Assembly (NCBI GenBank): GCA_965203485.1
Contig: OZ241892.1
Location: 256,001-320,000 of the forward strand
Reading direction: 5' to 3'
Origin: Longimicrobiales bacterium
Lineage (GTDB): Bacteria; Gemmatimonadota; Gemmatimonadetes; Longimicrobiales; Gaopeijiaceae
DNA: 64,000 nucleotides
Shown: positions 56,418 to 64,000 of the stretch, piece by piece
Position numbering within the stretch: position 1 is the stretch's first letter
Layout of the letters: each line of letters begins with the position of its first letter
Made by a program: the position numbers and the translations under genes
The notes under the pieces: generated by a model
What the model was told of the DNA's origin: nothing
The model's database searches: none
The model's input: only the letters and a program-made list of their open reading frames with translations

Positions 56418-57599
56418 CTAATGACGTTCGATGGCGCCGAAGTCGATTGCGACGACCAGCGTGTCGGCCGCCGGGTCGTGCTCGAAGCGGATGAATCCGA
56501 ACTTGTCCAAGCGTTCGAGTTCCCGCACGAAGGTGCGGCGCGTGACGTGGCGGTAGACCTCCATCACGAACGGCGACTGCAAGAGTTCCGCCAGCCGGAC
56601 CTGCCGCGAGGGTTCGGCCGCGAAGGGGTCCTCCGGCTCCGTCTCTTCCAGCAGATAAAGGAGCAGGCTGTATTCCCGGCGGTTGAGGAGCTTGCGGCGC
56701 TTCCCGACTCTCTCGCTGGTCGCTCTCGTCATCATGTCGCGGTAGACCACGCGGTTCAGCTTCGTCTGGATGAAGTTGTTGATGCCGTGAAGTTCGTGGG
56801 CGAAGCCTTCGAGGCCGAACTCCACGAACGGCCCGAGGTCGAACGGTTGCCGGCAACGGCATTCCTGCAGCAGCATCTTGTACTTGTCGCCGTGGACGTA
56901 GAAGAAGTTGGAGAGGCCGTAGAAGCCGTGCACGTTGTAGCCGCCCTGGTAGAGCACGGCGGCCTCCACGAGGCGCGACACGCGGCCGTTTCCGTCGCCG
57001 AACGGATGGATGGTGACCAGAAAGAAGTGCGCGAGCAACGCGCGGACGACCGGATGTTCGGAGCGCATCCGGGGCGACCTGAGGAATTCCACGAACTCGG
57101 CCGTCAGCCGCTCGATCCGGGGATGAGGGGCGCCGCGATGGACCCCGCCCAAGGCCGTGGTTCCCACCTGCACGTCGTGGGTCCGAAGCCGGCCCGGGAG
57201 GTTGTTGATTTCGTCGGACTCGATCGTCATGCGCCGGTGCATGTGGAGGATGTCGTTCGTGGACAGCGGCGGGGCGCCGTGGCCGAACCGCGACCGCACC
57301 CACTCCTGGGCGTCCGCGGCGTTGCGCACCTGCTGCCGCTCCACCGTGCGAGCGGCCTCCCGGGCCTCGCCGTCCAGGACCCGGGCGACCTGCTGTTCGG
57401 AGAGCGGGTTGCCTTCGAGTCCGGTCGTGCCGCGGATCGCCCGGATGCGGTTGAGCCGGTCGAGCCGCTCCTTCCAAGCCGGCGGAAGGACGAGAACGCG
57501 CGCCGCCTCCCGGTACGCCTCGATCTGCACCAGCAAGCGTCGGAGCTTGGGGGCCGCCGTGTCGAGGCGGTAGTCGAACCGAAAGCAGTCCCAGTCCAT
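56418..57599 (-). CDS. Fic family protein
   Basis: HPFGDGNGRVSR; GTTGLEGN; AGGAG before ATG 57599 (GTG 57620 is an alternative). Confidence 0.9.
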   Translation of the reverse strand: MDWDCFRFDYRLDTAAPKLRRLLVQIEAYREAARVLVLPPAWKERLDRLNRIRAIRGTTGLEGNPLSEQQVARVLDGEAREAARTVERQQVRNAADAQEWVRSRFGHGAPPLSTNDILHMHRRMTIESDEINNLPGRLRTHDVQVGTTALGGVHRGAPHPRIERLTAEFVEFLRSPRMRSEHPVVRALLAHFFLVTIHPFGDGNGRVSRLVEAAVLYQGGYNVHGFYGLSNFFYVHGDKYKMLLQECRCRQPFDLGPFVEFGLEGFAHELHGINNFIQTKLNRVVYRDMMTRATSERVGKRRKLLNRREYSLLLYLLEETEPEDPFAAEPSRQVRLAELLQSPFVMEVYRHVTRRTFVRELERLDKFGFIRFEHDPAADTLVVAIDFGAIERH

Positions 57600-57656
57600 C
57601 GAGTGCTCCTTCTTTGACACGTTCTTTGGGATCGTAAGTCCTTATTGTAGCGCAAG

Positions 57657-60600
57657 TTACGATTCTACACCATCGATACGCGGCGTGTTTCTTGACCAGC
57701 TTCTTGCCCGCCGACCATCGGCCTCGGGCTCGATTCCCAGCCAGCAGATCAGCTCTACTTCGCTCGGCTCGATGACAGGCAGCAGCGGGGGCGGCCGCAG
57801 GGGCTCCAGTCCCGTGCTCAGGACTTGGTTGATCAAGCGCTGCGACAGTGCGGGCCCGCGAAGGTCCCTGCGTGAGCCGGATGCGGACGGGTCACCGTCT
57901 TCCGGCGGCTGATCGGCCGAGCCGAACCACTTTCGCAGCATCATCTCTTCCCGCCGTGGCCAGGGCGACTCCAGCACTTCGACGGCATGGCGCACGCGGT
58001 CGTCCGGCGCGTCGGGCGGCGGATTGTCCCGGATGAAGGCCGCGACCCGCCGGTTCAGAGGCCGAAGCCTGGGCTGGAGGTTGGCGGGGTCGGTCTCGCG
58101 CATCCACCGTTCCCAGATGTCCTGGCGGGCCAACTCCCAGAAGTCGAAGGCGCGTTCCTGGACTACCGGGGGGAACCAAGTCGGCGTGTCCTCTTCGCAC
58201 TCGACGAGACGAAGGCAGGCGCCAACCTCGGCTTCGACGGGAGCGGAGCGGTCGGGCGACCAGTCGGCGGTGGCCGGAACAAAGCGCAGATAGGTTCGCT
58301 CCAGCTTGGCGCCATGGCCGACGACGGCACAGAAGAAGATGCCCCGGCGCGCTCCCCTCGTCATCCCGGAGCCGGTCTTCCAAGGCATCTCCACGATGCG
58401 ACGGCGGTTGGTGTGGAGCGCCTTGCGCAACGTCTGGCGGTACTCTTCGCCAGTCTGGGCCGCCCCTGCCGTCCCGCCGCGCTCGAACAGCGAGGCGTCC
58501 TCTCGCAATAGCTTCTCGATTTCTTCCCGAGTCTCCGTGAAGACTTGGCCGCCGTGGGCCGCTCCTTCAATGGGAGCCGCCACGCCCACGCTGGCCGCCG
58601 CCATCGCAAGCTTCGCGAGGATGCGTTGCTCGAGGTTGAGCAACCGGTCGAGCCGATCCACGGGAAAGATCGTGCGGAGGAAGACGCGACGATGCGGGCT
58701 GCCGATCCGGTCGATGCGGCCGTGCCGCTGGACGAGACGCATCGGGTTCCACGGCATGTCGAAGTTGACTACGTGACGGCACTGCTGAAGGTTGACGCCC
58801 TCGGCCAGCACGTCGGTGGAGACCAGGATGTCGAAGCGGTCTGCATCGCTCCCGGCCGGGGCACCCATGGACAGAGGAGCGAACCCCTGGACCGCTTGCA
58901 GGCGGGACTCGGCTTCGTGGCTGGAGCCCGTTGCCGTCGCGACGCGGCCGCGGTAGGGCTCCAATCCGGGGTGCTCTTCTACGGCGTCCGCCAAGTAGCG
59001 GCGTATCCAGTCCACCGTGTCTGCGAAGGACGAGAACACCAGGACCTTGCGCTTCTGGCGCTCGTCGCCGGAGTGACTGGCCTCGGCCTCCGCCTGCGCG
59101 GCGATATCCGCCAAGGCGCCTGCCAGGGCCCTCAGCTTCGGGTCTTGCTCGATCGTGATCTTGGCCGCGTCGGCGACTAGCGCCCGGAGAAGACTGCGAT
59201 CCCGCTCCACTTGGCGCCGAAGTCGTGCAGCATCGTATAGGGCTGCGTCAGCGTAGAGTCGTTCGTCGGGGTCGCCGTCCGCCAACGCCAGCAACTCCTT
59301 GATGCCGGTCTCGTCGTCGGCCGAGAGTTCGCTGAGGAAGGTGGTGGTCACCACGTATCCGGCGTCCAACGCATCCAAGAACCTGTCGTGGGTGGCGGCC
59401 ATGCGCTCAGCGGTCGTTCTGAAGGCGTGCGCCGAGGACTCGAAGCGCTTCAGCAGGCCCGATCGCAGCAGTCCCACCACGGCGCGAGCGCGGGCGTTCT
59501 CTTCCGGGTCGCCGGTGTCCCGCAAGTATGCGGCAGGCGTGTAGCGTGCAAAGGCGATCGCTTTCCCGCCGTCGGGGTCCAGCGCCGCCTCCAAACGGTC
59601 GAAGAAGCCGGGCAGGCGCTTGTCCAGCGCATAGCGAACCGTGACCGCTCGGGGCGATGGAAACTCGATGTGGCGGGGCTGGCCGTCGGGTCCCGGTATC
59701 GTGTCGCCTGCGTAATGCTTGCGCACGAACTGGCGGGTGCGCTTGACGGTCGTGGCGTCGATGATCGGGTACAGGAGATCCGGACTCAAGTTGGACGGAT
59801 CCTCGCGCATGGCCGCCTCGAACCGGCCGCGAATCGAGAGAATCCCCCGATCCGCCAGATGCGCGTCTTGGCGAAGGAAGAAGCGGACCAGGTGGTACAG
59901 GTCCCAAAGTGAGTTGTTGACCGGCGTTGCCGTGAGCAACAGCAAGTCGCGTCGGCGTCCGAAGAGAAGACGCCTCAGCGTGGCGGCCCGCGTCGGCGCG
60001 TCCGGATTGCGGTAGTTGTGAGCTTCGTCCACGACGACGAGCTGGTACTCGTCCAACGGGCGCTGCAGATGTTGGCGGCCGGGGCGGTCGGCGTCCGGCG
60101 TCAACAGTTGCGCGTCGTTGGCCAGCTGCTCGTACGACAGGGACTCGGCGAAGAGCTGGTATTGGGACAGGAACTTCTTCCAGGTCGTGTCGCGCAACGC
60201 GGCAGGGCAGATCAAGAGCACGCGTTGCCGCCGGTCGCGGTAGAGCTGAAGGACCTCGCCTGCGATGAAGGTCTTGCCCAGCCCTACTTCGTCGGCGACG
60301 ATCGCCCCGCCCGTTGCATTGATCAAACGTAGCGCCCGCGCCACGCCGTGCTTCTGGAAGCTCGTCAGCGGCAGATTGTCGTCGGCCTCCGCGTCCTTGT
60401 CGACTTCGTCGCCGTACAGTTGCCAGAGCACGCGAAGGAACACGTCCCAAGGCGTGCGCGGCAACAAGAGTTCCTCGAAGAGGTCGACCAGGTCGTAGGG
60501 GTCGGCGTCGTCCCAGAGGTCGTCGAACCAGTGCTTGGCCTTTTCTACGGTGGCGGTGTCGTCGCGACCCAGGCTCAGTTCGCGGTTGGCGGTCAGGCCG

Positions 60601-61136
60601 GCGGCGGTCAGGTTGGAAGAACCGGCAAGGACGCCTCCCGTCAGGATGTACGCCTTGGCGTGAAGGAACGCCTTCTCGTACCGGCGAACCTCGACGTTGC
60701 CGGACTTCAGCGCCCCGACCAGCGTGGCCAAGCTGGCCCGTCCGGCGTAGGTGAACGGCAACCGGTCCCGCTCTCGCCGAAGTTCCGTCGTCATACGGGC
60801 AAGGCACTCGCCGACGCAACGCCGGTCGAAGACGGCCTTTGGTTCGCCTAGTTGTCGTCGGCAAGGGGGGCGGCCTTGCGCCGCCAAGTCGGCGCCGAGC
60901 AAGAGGCGTACCATAGGGACTGCGGCCAGCCCGTCCGCGATCTGCGCGAAGCCCGCCGGGCTGAAGTAGGCGGTGGCGATCCGCGCCTCGCTGGGCGCCG
61001 CGGTCTCCGGCGCGCTGGAGGACTCGGGAACAGGGGTTGCCACGCCCAACAACGCTCCGAGAGCGTGCGCGAGGGTGTTGCCGTCAAGGTTGTCGACGAA
61101 GGTCGGAAACTGTTCCGCCGACGCCGATGCCGTCAT
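57657..61136 (-). CDS. PLD-domain + SNF2-like helicase
   Basis: FLHAKAY..GSSNLT (HxK), ADEVGLGKT, VVDEAHNYRN, TATP, EGVNLQ, QRHGRIDRIG; ATGA overlap. Confidence 0.92.
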   Translation of the reverse strand: MTASASAEQFPTFVDNLDGNTLAHALGALLGVATPVPESSSAPETAAPSEARIATAYFSPAGFAQIADGLAAVPMVRLLLGADLAAQGRPPCRRQLGEPKAVFDRRCVGECLARMTTELRRERDRLPFTYAGRASLATLVGALKSGNVEVRRYEKAFLHAKAYILTGGVLAGSSNLTAAGLTANRELSLGRDDTATVEKAKHWFDDLWDDADPYDLVDLFEELLLPRTPWDVFLRVLWQLYGDEVDKDAEADDNLPLTSFQKHGVARALRLINATGGAIVADEVGLGKTFIAGEVLQLYRDRRQRVLLICPAALRDTTWKKFLSQYQLFAESLSYEQLANDAQLLTPDADRPGRQHLQRPLDEYQLVVVDEAHNYRNPDAPTRAATLRRLLFGRRRDLLLLTATPVNNSLWDLYHLVRFFLRQDAHLADRGILSIRGRFEAAMREDPSNLSPDLLYPIIDATTVKRTRQFVRKHYAGDTIPGPDGQPRHIEFPSPRAVTVRYALDKRLPGFFDRLEAALDPDGGKAIAFARYTPAAYLRDTGDPEENARARAVVGLLRSGLLKRFESSAHAFRTTAERMAATHDRFLDALDAGYVVTTTFLSELSADDETGIKELLALADGDPDERLYADAALYDAARLRRQVERDRSLLRALVADAAKITIEQDPKLRALAGALADIAAQAEAEASHSGDERQKRKVLVFSSFADTVDWIRRYLADAVEEHPGLEPYRGRVATATGSSHEAESRLQAVQGFAPLSMGAPAGSDADRFDILVSTDVLAEGVNLQQCRHVVNFDMPWNPMRLVQRHGRIDRIGSPHRRVFLRTIFPVDRLDRLLNLEQRILAKLAMAAASVGVAAPIEGAAHGGQVFTETREEIEKLLREDASLFERGGTAGAAQTGEEYRQTLRKALHTNRRRIVEMPWKTGSGMTRGARRGIFFCAVVGHGAKLERTYLRFVPATADWSPDRSAPVEAEVGACLRLVECEEDTPTWFPPVVQERAFDFWELARQDIWERWMRETDPANLQPRLRPLNRRVAAFIRDNPPPDAPDDRVRHAVEVLESPWPRREEMMLRKWFGSADQPPEDGDPSASGSRRDLRGPALSQRLINQVLSTGLEPLRPPPLLPVIEPSEVELICWLGIEPEADGRRARSWSRNTPRIDGVES

Positions 61137-61627
61137 GATCCAGCCAGGACGAACCGGGCACCGGCGCGTTCCAACATGTCGAAGGGTCTGTACCACTCGA
61201 CGTTAAAGGCTTCGCACGCGTTGGGGATGGGGACGCGCCTCTTGGCCATCTTGGCAGGCTTCTCCATCGTGACGACGGCATGTCCGTGAGCCATTGCGTG
61301 AGCCACCAGGAGCGAGTCGGCCCCCGCCAGGAACGTACCTACCGCTTTGTCGAGGTACTGCTGACCTCCAGCCCATGCTCGGACTCGCGAGTGAGTTCGC
61401 TCAACCAACGGATCGGCATCCAAGAACATCTTCCTGCCCAATCGCTTGGCCCATTGCGCCAGCTGATCGTCCCCGATCGTGAGCTCCCCGAGCACGGCGC
61501 CGACGCTGTACACGAGTCCCTCGGCGTTGCCGTGCTCCAACCACTCCCAGAACCCCGGGCAGACGTTTGGTCGATAATAGTCGTTTGTAGCCGAAATGAA
61601 GACGCTTGTGTCAAGCAGATAACGCAT
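61133..61627 (-). CDS. DUF4411 (PIN-like) protein
   Basis: YLLDTSVFI..YY...CPGFWEWL, ADSLLVAHA, VVTME, IPNAC. Confidence 0.88.
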   Translation of the reverse strand: MRYLLDTSVFISATNDYYRPNVCPGFWEWLEHGNAEGLVYSVGAVLGELTIGDDQLAQWAKRLGRKMFLDADPLVERTHSRVRAWAGGQQYLDKAVGTFLAGADSLLVAHAMAHGHAVVTMEKPAKMAKRRVPIPNACEAFNVEWYRPFDMLERAGARFVLAGS

Positions 61628-62805
61628 CAACGCAGCCCAAGCTCGGTCTTGATCTTGTCGAACGTCTGCTGCTTCTTGATGGCCAGCAGTCGAAACGCCT
61701 CCGTATACAGCGTCCGCCCCGAAAGGGTGTCCGCAATCAGGTCGTACGCGAAACGCTCTCCAATCCGCGTCATCTGTGTTCGAAAGAAATTGCCTCCCGA
61801 ACTGGACCGTGCCTGGGCGTGCCTTCTCAATTCTCCAACGTAGGCTTCTCTAAAGATGTTGGCCGACAAGTATCCGGCATCGCGGAGACGCCGCAGAACG
61901 ACCAGCGAACTGACTTTGAAGTGGGTTGCGAGGCGTTGCAATTTTCGTTGCATCTCTTCGCTCTTCTCGTATTGCTGGCGCAAGGCGTCCAAGGGAACTA
62001 GCAGTTCCGCCGCTACCTGGTTGCACCATTTCTCGGTTCGATGGCTTGTAGCAGACTTTAGCGTAGTGTTCGATAGACCCGTGTTGCCCAGCCAGATGTG
62101 AGCCAGTTCGTGAGCGAGGGTGAACATCTGGGCCGCCTTGGCGTCGGCGCCGTTGACGAAGACGAGGGGCGCCAGTTCGTCGGATAGCGCGAAGCCCCGG
62201 AACTCGTCCACGTCCAGTGGCCGCGACGTGTTGTTTCCCACGACGCCGCTGATCATGACCAGCACGCCCTTGGCGTCGGCGCGGTCGGCGAAGCGACGGA
62301 CGGCCAAGGTCCAGTTGGCGACGTCGCGCCGGTCCTCTACGCGGAAGTCCAGCGTGGACGACATCTGCCGGGCGACCTCGGCGGGGTCGTCGTCCAAGCT
62401 GGCCGAGCCCACAAAATCGACGGGATCGTGTTCCTCTTCCAGGGCGTACTCGTGGTACCAGTCTTGCCTGTCTTGGCACAGGTGGATCGTGTCCAGCAGG
62501 TGCAGACTAGGCTTCCTGGGCTGCTTGCTGCCGACCGTGCGGAAGTCGGCGATGTCCAGCTCGTCCTTCAGGGGACCGCCGGAGAAGAGCGCTCCGAACG
62601 GCGTGTAGGTCGCCCTGGCGAAGCGCTCGAGCTGCCGGTACGTGGGCTTGAGCGTGCCGGCCTCCCACTCCCGGTACTTGGGAAAGCGCCGCTCGATCGT
62701 CTCCACGTCCTTCCCCGAGCGTTCCTGCGCCCATCGGAGCGTCGCCGGTTCTACCGAGACTCGGTAGGGACCGCGTTGCGGCGATTCGTTGATGGGCGTA
62801 GTCAT
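61627..62805 (-). CDS. XRE-HTH + ImmA/IrrE metallopeptidase
   Basis: LRWAQERSG..WEAGTLKPT, FRGFALSD, FTLAHELAH (HExxH), EKWCNQVAAELLVP. Confidence 0.92.
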   Translation of the reverse strand: MTTPINESPQRGPYRVSVEPATLRWAQERSGKDVETIERRFPKYREWEAGTLKPTYRQLERFARATYTPFGALFSGGPLKDELDIADFRTVGSKQPRKPSLHLLDTIHLCQDRQDWYHEYALEEEHDPVDFVGSASLDDDPAEVARQMSSTLDFRVEDRRDVANWTLAVRRFADRADAKGVLVMISGVVGNNTSRPLDVDEFRGFALSDELAPLVFVNGADAKAAQMFTLAHELAHIWLGNTGLSNTTLKSATSHRTEKWCNQVAAELLVPLDALRQQYEKSEEMQRKLQRLATHFKVSSLVVLRRLRDAGYLSANIFREAYVGELRRHAQARSSSGGNFFRTQMTRIGERFAYDLIADTLSGRTLYTEAFRLLAIKKQQTFDKIKTELGLR

Positions 62806-62845
62806 CTTGGGCAGACTCTGGTGGACGGTTGGTTTGGGCGAGCCT

Positions 62846-64000
62846 TCAAGGTAACCGGCCGGGAGGGCGGAGAAAGTGCTTCAGGACGGCCTCCAGCCGG
62901 TCGTGGTAGTCCCAGCCCTCGTGGAAGGTCTCGAAGATGTGGACCAGCTGGCGCTCGGTCAGGCTGTAGCAGTGGGCGACGACAGCGTCGAGTTGGTGGA
63001 TCAGGTCCTGCTTCTCGTCCTCTGCGAGCGGTCCCCAGTCCACGCCGACCGCCTTGGCCCATTCGGCGAAGCGGTCGTCCGGGCAGGCGAGGCGGCCGGC
63101 GAGTTCGACAGTGCGCTTCCAAAGGGGGTCGTTCCGACCTGGACGGGGGATAGGGAAGGGGTTGATGACGAAGTAGGTGACGCCTGTCTCGACGAACCGG
63201 CGGGCGTACCAGTCGAGGGGGATGGAGCATAAGACGCCCAGCAGAAACGCTTGGTCCTTCTCGTCGCCGCGAGGCCAAAGGAAGTAGGGTGCCTTGTGCG
63301 CGACGAACACCTTGGGCGGAAGGAGGCAGGCGATGATGGTGCGTGGGTCCGTTGCACGCGCCACGTCTCGGAAGGCGATTCTCGGCCGGTAAACGGGCAG
63401 TGTTGATTGATCCCGAAGGTGGCCTATTGAAAATTCCTTATGCGCGCTGTCGCGTCGGTTCTTCGCGGCCCTAATCCGCTTCTTCTGCAACCAATCCAGA
63501 ACGGGAGTTGGCTTGGCCCAGGCGTAGGGCGCACCCTTGTCCGGGTCCCACAAGTCGAAGGACGCGCCCTTGTACACGGGCCAGTATTCCAACTCCAACT
63601 CGAAGCTCGTCATGTGCTTCTGTGCCGTCGCGTGGAGTTCCGTGATCGGTCGGGCACGCCATCGGACGGTTTCTCGAACACCATGAATGCCTTCTGGTTC
63701 GTGGCGTCCATCTCGCGGTCGGGACGAGCGCGCCAGCCTCTTGTGTCTGTCCCCCCTCCCCCCCCCCCCCCCCCCCCCCGCCTATAATCATGTCCTCGCG
63801 TGTGTCAAGACGCGGCGCTGCGGACATTTGGGCGAACACGCTCGCCGATTCGTCGGTCGGTAGCAGGGGCAGCGATGCAACATCGTTCCATTGCTCGATG
63901 TCGTGTCGATAGAACACTAGAGGCTCCCTGGCCACACCGGCTCTGAACGCGTGTAGGTCCGGATAAGGCCCGCTCATGCGCAACCGAGATTCTCCTTCAT
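62846..64000 (-). CDS. Type IIG (Eco57I-like) RM enzyme, 3' part; frameshifted at a poly-G tract; 5' end outside window
   Basis: Upstream frame ..SLPLLPTDESASVFAQMSAAPRLD; downstream frame WPVYKGASFDLWDP, RPRIAFRDVARATDPRTIIACL, LCSIPLDWYARR, LDAVVAHCY. Confidence 0.82.
63599..63735 (-). repeat. Two tandem diverged 21-codon cassettes, 74-nt period
   Basis: 63735-63673 WRARPDREMDATNQKAFMVFE; 63661-63599 WRARPITELHATAQKHMTSFE. Confidence 0.88.
63751..63779 (-). repeat. Intragenic G22-A-G6 tract
   Basis: C6 63751-63756, T, C22 63758-63779 on the plus strand. Confidence 0.92.

Noticed and set aside
57657..61136. This helicase as the relocated brxHII
   Set aside because: It has an N-terminal PLD domain and is coupled into a separate type IIG operon about 24 kb from BREX; no evidence of a link.
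57657..64000. Canonical DISARM
   Set aside because: No drmA/drmB-like genes visible and the PLD is fused to the helicase; upstream genes lie outside the window, so this remains unproven rather than excluded.

Overview
High-GC bacterial window, probably Gemmatimonadota-like (inferred from five secreted beta-propeller paralogues and the gene style; not proven). It is dominated by anti-phage defence and DNA-modification loci. Left arm (about 1.0-33.9 kb): a defence island with a Fic gene, a broken type III Mod gene, two low-GC HEPN-motif genes and an HNH gene. It also holds a type 3 BREX locus (brxF-brxC-pglX ... pglZ-brxA) with no brxHII helicase. The brxHII position is filled by about 17 kb of cargo: a coupled m5C-methyltransferase / ParB-like / PD-(D/E)XK-like three-gene operon and a nest of IS21, IS5, IS1182 and ISNCY pieces. 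Middle: cusCBA-like heavy-metal RND efflux, an AAA/PD-(D/E)XK gene, beta-propeller genes, and a 6S-RNA-like gene followed by a coupled run of queD, Trm112-like, DUF1156 methyltransferase and nuclease genes. Right arm: type IIG-like RM gene (3' part only), IrrE/ImmA-DUF4411 pair, PLD-SNF2 helicase and Fic. Most unusual signal: the type IIG gene has a G22 tract followed by two tandem, out-of-frame, synonymously diverged versions of the same 21-codon segment. Tract length would select between OFF, a truncated cassette-1 product and a full-length cassette-2 product. All family assignments are from motif recognition by eye; no searches were run.
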